A stretch of DNA of 10,219 bases from the NCBI GenBank assembly GCA_963666425.2, contig CAXXTX010000005.1, forward strand, positions 1-10,219, in the 5' to 3' direction. Of this stretch, positions 1 through 7,793 are shown one piece after another. How positions within the stretch are numbered: the first letter of the stretch is position 1; every line of letters begins with the position of its first letter. Origin of the DNA: Bacillota bacterium (GTDB lineage Bacteria; Bacillota; JAAYKD01). The position numbers and the translations under genes were made by a program. The notes under the pieces were generated by a model, which saw only the letters and a program-made list of their open reading frames with translations, was not told the DNA's origin and did not search any database.

Positions 1-1187
1 AATTCTTTGGCTCTTAAAGCGGCAGGAATTGCAAAAGGCAGCCCTCAACCCGAAAGAGGAACTATTGTCTGCCGGGAAGATGGTGAACCGAACGGTTATC
101 TGATCAATGGTGCGCAAAACGCGGTGCGGGCCTGCATTCCCCGCAATGCCGGGACTGCCGATAAGCAGGCTGAAATCATGGCCGCCATCGAGCGGGCCAG
201 CCAAGAGTACCTGAAATACGGTATTACCCTCCTTGATGGATCCGGGTGTCGGTCCGGAGGAAATGAAGGCCTATCAAAAAATGCGCAATGCCGGCAAATT
301 GCCGCAGCGTGTCGCCATGATGCCGGCCTGGTATGGACTCTATGCCACACAAGGCAAAGATCTGCAGAATTTGGTGCCGACCTTGGGCGTATTTGAGGGA
401 TTTGGCGATGATCATCTGCGCCTGGCTGCTTTGAAAATGGCGATCGACGGCGGTGTCGGCTCCAAGACAGCCATGATGAACGAGCCTTGGATCGACGGCA
501 GCGAGACGAAAATTCCGCTGCGTCTGGATATCAGCCGTTTAGAGGAATATTTCCGCATCGGTCATCGGGCAGGTTGGTCGATTGGCATTCATTGCTGCGG
601 CGATTTGGCTCAGGATATTTCCTGCCGCAGCTTTGATCACATTATGGCCGAGGGACAGCGCGCCACAGGCTCGTCGGCACCATATCATTCATGGCTATCT
701 GCCGACGGAAGAAGCTTTGGAAATTATGCGGCGCCGTGACATCGGCGTTTCCGTGCAGCCCGGCTTTATCTATGTAGAAGGAGATATTTATTTCCATAAT
801 TTAGAAGCAGAACGGGTCAATCGCTTTATCCCGCTGCGCACCTATCTGGATAACGGCATTCGTGTTTTCGCCAACTCCGATATGACGTCCGCCCATTATA
901 ATCCGTTTCTGGGCATGCGGGCAGCAGTGACACGGCGCACCTCCCGCGGGGTGCAGTTGGGGCAGCGAAGAATGTATCGGCGTGATGGAAATGCTGGAAT
1001 TGTTCATCAAGAACGGCGCTTATTATTTGGGCTTGGAGCAGAAAATAGGCAGCCTGGAACCCGGTAAATTGGCAGGACTTTGCGGTTTTGAGTGATGATA
1101 TTTTGCAGATTGTTCCGGAGAAAATTGCTGACTTAAAAGGTCCTGCTGACCGTGATTGACGGGAAAGTAGTTTACAAAGCACCGTAG
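1..1187 (+). CDS. Amidohydrolase family 3 (YtcJ-like) metal-dependent hydrolase, 5'-truncated by the window edge, with five +1 breaks (~228, ~652, ~960, ~1075, ~1138)
   Basis: Joining the ORF pieces gives family-typical segments: NSLALKAAGI, GEPNGYL, KMAIDGG, IHCCGD, SVQPGF, NSD, GSLEPGKLADFAVLSDDIL and TVIDGKVVYKAP-stop (TAG 1185-1187). Confidence 0.88.
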
Positions 1188-1229
1188 TTTTTGTGCCCTA
1201 TCCTGAAAAATAAGGTAAATTTTTAATAT

Positions 1230-1270
1230 ATCAGGCCGGGATGGATTCGATTCCGGCCTGATCTTCATTT
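1230..1270 (+). terminator. Intergenic GC-rich hairpin (weak terminator or mRNA-stabilising stem)
   Basis: ATCAGGCCGGGAT (1230-1242) pairs with ATTCCGGCCTGAT (1250-1262): 13 bp with one G.U and a 7-nt loop. It is followed only by an imperfect U tract (CTTCATTT). Confidence 0.55.
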
Positions 1271-1299
1271 ATCACAATTTAGACTGGGAGGTTCTTTTC

Positions 1300-2887
1300 T
1301 TGAATAGCTTAATGAAACCCCTGAATGAGCAATATACAGAATATCTGCGGGATGAATCGCGGACGGTCGGTCAGGCGGACAGTATTTCTTTTCCGGTCAG
1401 TGAAGCGGAAATCATCTCTATTTTAGCGGATCTCAACCAGAGCGCGACCCCCGCTGACCATCCAGGGAGCGCGCACGGGTCTGGCTGCCGCCGCTGTGCC
1501 TTTGCAGGGACATGTGATGAATCTGAGTCGGATGAATCAGGTGGTTGGCTGCCGCCGGGATGAATCGGGTCGGTTTTATTTTACCGTCCAACCGGGTTTG
1601 GTTTTATCGGAATTCAAAAAAATGATCGACAAAAAGCAATTTGCCAGCTCCGGCTGGGATGCGGCGGCCATGCAGGCGTATGAAGCCTTTTGCCAAGCTC
1701 CGCGGCAATTCTTTGCACCGGATCCAACCGAAGCATCGGCTACGATTGGTGGTATGACAGCCTGCAATGCCTCCGGTGCCCGTACCTTCCTCTACGGTCC
1801 GATCCGTCATCACATCAGCGCAATCCGTATGCTGCTGAGCGACGGCCGCATGATCGCCTTACGCCGCGGCGAAGTGTTTGCCAGGGGACGTCGTTTATCC
1901 CTGCCGCTGACGAATCAGGAGACTCTGGAACTGAATCTGCCCACTTACCGGATGCCGCCAACCAAGAGCGCCTCCGGTTATTATATTGAAGATAATATGG
2001 ACGCGATCGATCTCCTGATCGGTTCAGACGGAACTTTAGGTGTGATCACGGCAATTGAGCTGGCGCTGATGGAACATCCCAAACCTGATTTGGGGTGTCA
2101 GCTGTTTTTTTGCGCATGAAGATTTGGCGGTTCAATTTACCATTCGGCTGCGCAGCCAAGTGCAGCATCTGGCGGCCATGGAAGCTTTTGACGCGGATGC
2201 GCTGGAGTTGCTGCGGCAACAAAAACGCCAGAGCAGCGCCTTCGCCCGCCTGCCGGATTTGCCGGAATCCTATCGCTACTGCATTTACACGGAATTGCAT
2301 TGTCAGGATGCAGATGAAGCTTTCGCGCAGCTGCACCAGATCGGAACAGTCCTGCAGCAATCTGGCGGCAATAAAGCGGATACCTGGGTTGCCAGAACGG
2401 AAGCGGATCTGACCCAATTACAGTTCTTCCGTCATGCCGTTCCGGAAAGCGCCAATATGCTGATCGACCGCCGCAAACAAAATTATCCGATGATCACCAA
2501 GTTAGGCACGGATATGTCGGTGCCTGATGATCAATTGGCTGCGGTGGTGGCGCTTTATCGCCAGGGGTTACAGGAAAATCAGCTGCAGTCGGCGGTTTGG
2601 GGTCACATCGGCAACAATCACCTGCATGTGAATATTCTGCCTCGCAATGAAGAAGATTTTTGGAAAGGCAAAGCCTTGTATCAGCAATGGGCAGCCGAAG
2701 TCTGCCAAAATGGGCGGCGCGATAGCGGCGGAACATGGGGTAGGCAAACTAAAAACCAGGATGCTGCTGACCATGTACGGAGCAGAGCATATTGCCGAGA
2801 TGGCAGCCCTGAAAAAAATCTTTGACCCCTAAGAATTTATTGGGCAATGGTAATTTATTCGAGGCAGAAGGAGGTAAAAGGGTATGA
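1300..2887 (+). CDS. FAD-binding oxidoreductase, GlcD/D-lactate dehydrogenase (FAD_binding_4 + FAD-oxidase_C) family, with four +1 breaks (~1450, ~2078, ~2706, ~2828)
   Basis: RBS GGGAGG at 1286-1291 precedes TTG 1300. Motifs: QGARTGL, APDPTEASATIGGMTACNASG, GSDGTLGVIT, GHIGNNHLHVN, AEHGVGKLK, KKIFDPKNLLG. The reconstructed TGA (2885-2887) overlaps the etfB ATG (ATGA). Confidence 0.9.
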
Positions 2888-3669
2888 AAATCGTCGTTTG
2901 TATCAAACAAGTACCTTCTTCCAATGAAGTGCGGCTCGATCCGGTCACGAAAACAATTCTGCGCGACGGCAATCAGTCGGTGATCAATCCCTTCGATGCT
3001 TATGCGCTGGAACAAGCCATTGAGATCAAAGAACAGCTGGGCGGTGAAATCAGCGTGATCAGCATGGGCTATTCCGGCAACGGAACGCTTGCTGCGGGAT
3101 GCAATGAGCCGCGGTGCCGATCGGGCCTTGCTCTTATCCGACCGTGCTTTTGCCGGTGCCGATACCTTGGCCACTTCTTATGCTTTGAGTCTGGGCGTCC
3201 GACAATTGGGCGATTTTGATTTTGATCCTCTGCGGACGCATGGCCATCGATGGCGATACGGCACAGATCGGACCGGAATTGGCGGAACACCTGGCGATTC
3301 CACACCTGACCAATGTGGAGAAAATCATCGAGATCAAACCGCAGGAAATGACGGTGCGCCGCAGCCTGGACGGTCAGCGTCAATTGCTGCAGATCAGGCT
3401 GCCGGCTTTGGCTGACCATTGCCAAGGATATCAATCAACCGCGGCTGCCCAATATCAGTGGAGTGGAATTTGGTGAAACCGCTCCGTTCCAATCGCTGGA
3501 TGCGGCGGCTTTGCAGGCAGATGTCAGCCGCTGCGGCTTAAACGGCTCACCCACTCAGGTGGTGCGCACCGGTGTACCGCAGCGAGACAATGCGTGCGTC
3601 TTCTTTGCGGGCGACTTCACAGAACAGGTGCAGGCTTTGGCTGCGCGGATCAGGGAGGAACTGAAATAG
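2884..3669 (+). CDS. etfB: Electron transfer flavoprotein beta subunit, with three +1 breaks (~3070, ~3220, ~3410)
   Basis: MKIVVCIKQVP, INPFDAYALE, LSDRAFAGADTLATSYAL, CGRMAIDGDTAQIGP, INQPRLP and GLNGSPTQV. RBS GGAGG at ~2870. Confidence 0.95.
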
Positions 3670-4855
3670 ATGACTGGATTGAGGATTGATCGGGATCTCT
3701 GTATTGGCTGCGGCTTATGCTGCAAGAGCTGCGCCGCCGCGGCGCTGACGCTGCAGAATCGCAAAGCAGTGTTAGGAGAAGGTTGTACTTTGTGCGGTAT
3801 CTGTCTGCAGAGCTGTCCCAAAAACGCGCTCAGCATCGTAAAAGAAGAAAGTCTGGTATTTGATTTAACGGCATATCAAGATATCTGGGTGGTCTGCGAG
3901 CGCAGCCAATCAGGCGAATTGCTGCCGGTCAGTTTTGAATTGTTGGGCAAAGCCAGCGAGCTTGCCAAACTGCGCGGCTGCCGTTTGGGTGCTGTTCTGT
4001 TGGGGCAAGACGACATGGCAAGCCAGGCCAGGCAATTGATCGCAGCAGGCGCCGATTTGGTTTATCTTTGCCAGGATCAGCGGTTCGCTGAACAACTGGA
4101 ACCTGCTTTCTATACGATGATATGTGATTTGATAAGAGAATATCGGCCGGAAGTGGTCCTTTTTGGGGCAACAGATTTTGGACGTTCGGTGGCTCCCCGC
4201 GTCGCAGCCAGGCAACGCACCGGCTTAACGGCCGACTGCACCGTCTTGGAAATCGACCCGGTCAGCGGCCTTCTGCAGCAAACCAGACCGGCCTTTGGCG
4301 GCAATTTACTGGCGACGATTATCTGTCCGAACCATAGACCGCAGATGGCAACGGTCCGTCCCGGTATTCTGGCATTGCCGTGTTTGGATTTTTCAGCGTT
4401 CGGGAGAAGTAATTGTCTGTTCCGCCCCGCAAGCTTTGCCGCAAACGCTGCAGCTGCTGCAAACGGAACCGGCCGCAGCCGCTGCTTCCATTGCCGAAGC
4501 GGAAATCATGGTGGTAGCCGGACGCGGGATCGGTAACGCGAAAAACATGAAATTGATCTACGAACTGGCAGAGCTGCTGGGCGCGGCGGTCGGTGTTTCC
4601 AGACCGCTCGTGGATGCGGGTTGGGCGGAGTATGCGCATCAGGTAGGGCAAACGGGTTTCACCGTGGCGCCAAAGCTGATGCTGAGTTTTGGTGTTTCCG
4701 GCGCGATTCAGCACTTAGCGGGGATCAGCCGCAGCGAATGCATCATTGCCGTGAACAACGATCCGCAGGCGCCGATTTTTGCAATCAGCCATTATGGCCT
4801 GATCGCGGATTGCACCGAAGTGCTGCAAGAATTGCTTCGTGCTTTAAAAAAATGA
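3670..4855 (+). CDS. etfA: Electron transfer flavoprotein alpha subunit with an N-terminal 2x[4Fe-4S] ferredoxin domain, one +1 break (~4392)
   Basis: CIGCGLCCKSC and CTLCGICLQSCP at the N-terminus. Also TGLTADCT, TRPAFGGN, PQMATVRPG, GVSRPLVDAGW, QVGQTG and GVSGAIQHLAG. Starts immediately after the etfB TAG. Confidence 0.95.
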
Positions 4856-4871
4856 AAGTTCAAATTCACCG

Positions 4872-4900
4872 TTGACAATCCGATTTTTTCATGCTATCTT
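4872..4900 (+). promoter_or_regulatory. Sigma-A/70 promoter for the leader and five-gene operon
   Basis: TTGACA (4872-4877), a 17-nt spacer, and an extended -10 TGcTATCTT (TATCTT 4895-4900). Confidence 0.75.
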
Positions 4901-4916
4901 GGGCATGTGATAGCAT
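4891..4916. promoter_or_regulatory. Candidate operator: 8-bp perfect inverted repeat over the -10 box and start site
   Basis: ATGCTATC (4891-4898), N10, GATAGCAT (4909-4916). Confidence 0.5.
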
Positions 4917-4995
4917 AAAGCATCGAGGAGTGATGGCAATCCGGCACACTTGATATTACAGAATCGGTAATATGGGTGCGAACGTGGAACAGAGA

Positions 4996-5073
4996 ATGAA
5001 AATCATAACTACAGAAAGAACATCGACTGTTGCACGAAACGGTCTGGTTTTCTTCTGCCTGGTTTGGTTTTGA
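4996..5073 (+). CDS. Putative leader peptide (uORF) MKIITTERTSTVARNGLVFFCLVWF. If one base is a sequencing insertion it would end ...FDFAFHR at TAA 5090-5092.
   Basis: Open frame from ATG 4996 (in-frame upstream ATG at 4972) to TGA 5071-5073, directly ahead of an antiterminator/terminator pair. The RBS is weak. Confidence 0.45.
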   Translation: MKIITTERTSTVARNGLVFFCLVWF

Positions 5074-5077
5074 TTTT

Positions 5078-5122
5078 GCTTTCCACAGGTAATCTTGATT
5101 AAAAACGCAAGCTGTGGGAAGT
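5078..5122 (+). promoter_or_regulatory. Antiterminator stem competing with the leader terminator
   Basis: GCTTTCCACAG (5078-5088) pairs with CTGTGGGAAGT (5112-5122): 11 bp with two G.U pairs. It sequesters the terminator 5' arm. Confidence 0.65.
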
Positions 5123-5139
5123 TTCCCATGGCTTTTTTT
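5109..5139 (+). terminator. Intrinsic terminator inside the 5' leader (attenuator)
   Basis: AAGCTGTGGGA, loop AGTT, TCCCATGGCTT, with a T7 run at 5133-5139. It lies ~93 nt upstream of the nitroreductase ATG. Confidence 0.8.
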
Positions 5140-5232
5140 ATGCTGTCACCCCAGGGAGAAAAATCGCACTGCGCATCGAAAGAAAATCATAAAAAATGAA
5201 GATCTTGTAATAAAGGAAAGGATTGTGTTAAA

Positions 5233-5853
5233 ATGGAACTAAAACAAGTAATCGAGACGCGCAGATCGGCGCGGAAGTTTCAAGATAAGCCGGTGCCAAA
5301 AGAAGTACTGGCGGAGATGCTGGAAGCGGCAAGGTTGTCGCCTTCCGGCGGTAACAGTCAGTCTTATTGGTTTGGAGTCATTCAGGATCCGGAAACAAAA
5401 GTAAAACTGGCCCAGGCGGCAGGAGAGCAAACCTGGATTGGCACTGCGCCGCTGGTATTCGCCTGCTGCGCCGACTTAAGTTGGGATCTGGCGGAGCAAC
5501 CGGAAGACGATTTTGCCTGGCAGGTCAATCAACTTCGCTTCAATCAGGACTTCCTGAAATATCTCTGCACTTATCCTGATCGCAAAGCCCGCACGACGCT
5601 GTTTCAAAACGCCACCCCGCTGATACCGGCCGAGCATATTTTCCTGACGGCGGTGGCAAATGGTTTATCTGCCTGTTTTATTGGTTATCTGGATGTGGAA
5701 GCGGCGAATCGCATCTTAGGGCTGCCGGATACGATCAGCTGTTTGTTCCTGCTGCCGGTTGGTTATGCGGATGAACCACCCAAAGCAAAACAGACCAAAG
5801 CACTCGAAGAAATTGTTTTCTATGATTGCTGGAGGAGTGCAGCGAAGGTTTGA
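5233..5853 (+). CDS. Nitroreductase family protein (FMN-dependent)
   Basis: Intact 206-aa ORF with IETRRSARKF, AARLSPSGGNSQ, LTAVANGLSACFIG and LPVGY. RBS AAAGGA upstream. Confidence 0.92.
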   Translation: MELKQVIETRRSARKFQDKPVPKEVLAEMLEAARLSPSGGNSQSYWFGVIQDPETKVKLAQAAGEQTWIGTAPLVFACCADLSWDLAEQPEDDFAWQVNQLRFNQDFLKYLCTYPDRKARTTLFQNATPLIPAEHIFLTAVANGLSACFIGYLDVEAANRILGLPDTISCLFLLPVGYADEPPKAKQTKALEEIVFYDCWRSAAKV

Positions 5854-5919
5854 TAGCGGGAGAAAGAACATACCATTGTCCTTGAAATTAGTTTGGACAA
5901 GCGAAAAAGGAGAAACGAC

Positions 5920-6428
5920 ATGGAATTTAAAATCGCTTTACTGGCTGTCCGGGATGTGGAAGTATCCAAGAAATTTTACGGCGAATTGTTTGAGCAGAAA
6001 GTGGTACTAGATTTAGGTAAAAATGTGACTTTCAGCGGTGGTTTTGGCATACAGCAGGATTTCGCCGAATTGACCAATATCCCGGCTAACTCTGTCATTC
6101 AGAAAAGTCATAATATGGAGCTCTATTTTGAAGTAGCCGATTTCGATGCCTTTCTACGGCGTTTAAAAATCAGACGATGAAATTGTTTTTGTGCATTCGG
6201 AGAAGAAATATCCCTGGCAGCAGCGCGTGGTGCGCATCTATGACCCCGATTTTCATATGATCGAAATCGGTGAATCCATGATGGTGATTGCCCAGCGTTA
6301 TCTGGGGGAAGGTTATACCATCGAAAAAACAGCCGCCGCCATTCAGCATCCGATCGCCTTGGGTCAAACTCTGGGCTGACGCGATGCCAAGACAAGGCAG
6401 CGATGACGAGGTAACGCTTAATGTATGA
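5920..6428 (+). CDS. VOC (glyoxalase/bleomycin resistance) family protein with a C-terminal helical extension. One +1 break at ~6168 and probably a second at ~6361; as written the frame stops at 6379.
   Basis: RBS AAAGGAG precedes ATG 5920. Motifs: LLAVRDVEVSKKFY, NMELYFE and YPWQQRVVRIYDPDFHMIEIGESM. Correcting the second break gives QHPIALVKLW...NV-TGA, which overlaps the next ATG. Confidence 0.85.
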
Positions 6429-7261
6429 AGCCATACTGGCCAGTTTAAAAGAAAAACCGCTGCCCTATACCCCCGCAGAAGGGAATATTTGGACGGAACC
6501 TTATCTGCATCAGCAAATGCTGCAGGCACATCTGGCGCCGGCGGTCGACGCGGCCTCCAGGAATCTCATGTTTATGCGTCGGTCTGCGCAATGGATTGCC
6601 ACAATTGTCGGCGAGGCGGCAGGCAAGCAGCTGCTCGATCTTGGCTGCGGGACCCGGTTTATATGCCGAATTATTTGATGATCTGGGTTTTGTGGTTACC
6701 GCTGTTGATTTTTCAGAAGGTTCCATTGCCTATGCAAAAAAATCCGCTGCCGCTGCCGGCAGGAAGATTGATTATCTTTGCTGTGATTATCGGCAGCTGC
6801 CATTTGAGAATCAATTCGATCTGGTCAGCCTGATCTACTGTGATTATGCGGCTTTAAATCCAATAGATCGCGCCTTGGTCTGCCGCGAGGTTTGGCGGGC
6901 TTTGAAACCGGGCGGTCTATTCGTGCTTGATGTCTTTACAGAATTGCAGAAGGAAGGATTCCAGGAAAGCACGCAGGTATCCTATGCAGACAAAGGCTTC
7001 TGGCGGGATGAACCCTATGTTTTGCTCCAGCGTGAATTTGCTTATAAAGCGCTCCATGCTTATCTGACGCAATATTTGGTGATTACAGCCGCTGACAGCC
7101 GACTCTATCATGTTTGGGATTGTTTGTTCGATCGGGATACCCTTGGTGCGGAGCTGCACGAAAATGGCTTTGTCGCTTTTCGCTTCTATGATGATGTGGC
7201 TGGCGCTGTTTTTACAGGCAGCAGCCGCACGCTCTGCGTGATCGCGGCAAAACCATTGTAA
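6421..7261 (+). CDS. Class I SAM-dependent methyltransferase, one +1 break (~6650)
   Basis: Rejoined motif I LLDLGCGPGLYA. Also VTAVDFSEGSIAYA, FDLVSLIYCDY and ALKPGGLFVLDV. RBS GAGG at ~6408. Confidence 0.92.
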
Positions 7262-7308
7262 ATCTGCTGAATGACCGGATACACTCGGGTGCAAGGCGAG
7301 GTGAAAAG

Positions 7309-7789
7309 ATGCTAGATGGCACGATCAATTTGAAAGATGAGGAAATCTATTTGCAGCTGCAGGCTGCCGTCGAGGCAGAGGAATTAACAGGGAACCTGCC
7401 GACTTACTATTTTAAGATACGGCGCCGCAGTGATGATGTAGAACTGGGACGCTGCGATCTGCGGATTGGTACAAATTGCAAGACCGCAATCGATGGAAAC
7501 TTGAGTTTTACCATCTATCCGGCCTGGCGGAGACATCATTATGCCGGAAAAGCCTGTTTGCTGTTGCTGCAGTTGGCGCTTCAACATCAGATGGAAAGCC
7601 TGATCATCACCTGCCGGCCGGAAAATACCGCCTCGCGGAAAACCTGTCTGCGGCTCGGTGCCCAATTGCAGGAGATTTTTACTTTACCCGCCGGACACGA
7701 TCTGCGCCGCAACGGGCAGCCAGATGTGCCGTTACAAACTTTTGCTGCAGGATAAGCAGGATACAAGATCATCAAACGAGAGGGGATAG
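7309..7789 (+). CDS. GNAT family N-acetyltransferase. As written it stops at 7755; a probable +1 break at ~7715 restores QMCRYKLLL...ERG-TAG 7787-7789.
   Basis: RBS GAGGTG. Motifs: GRCDLRIG, GNLSFTIYPAWRRHHYAGKAC and ITCRPENTASRKTCLRLGA, which are GNAT motif A/B-like. Confidence 0.85.
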
Positions 7790-7793
7790 GCGA

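Noticed and set aside
4917-5139. T-box riboswitch (AAAGCATCGAGGAGT... and ACAGAATC...GGTGCGAA loosely resemble stem I)
   Set aside because: There is no GGTGGNACC T-box sequence before the terminator, and the downstream genes are not aminoacyl-tRNA synthetase or amino-acid genes.
6178-6180. TGA within the VOC gene as selenocysteine or readthrough
   Set aside because: The protein continues in a different frame after a +1 break in the A run at about 6165-6169, so this TGA is out of frame in the corrected gene.
7747-7763. Short direct repeat GCAGGATA-A-GCAGGATA
   Set aside because: Only two 8-bp copies, inside the probable GNAT C-terminus. There is no mobile element or array context.
5854-7793. 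Integron cassette array with attC sites
   Set aside because: The junctions are short or overlapping and share no repeat. I found no RYYYAAC...GTTRRRY pairs and no integrase. The only palindrome is a 6-bp TTGTCC/GGACAA pair at about 5876-5900.
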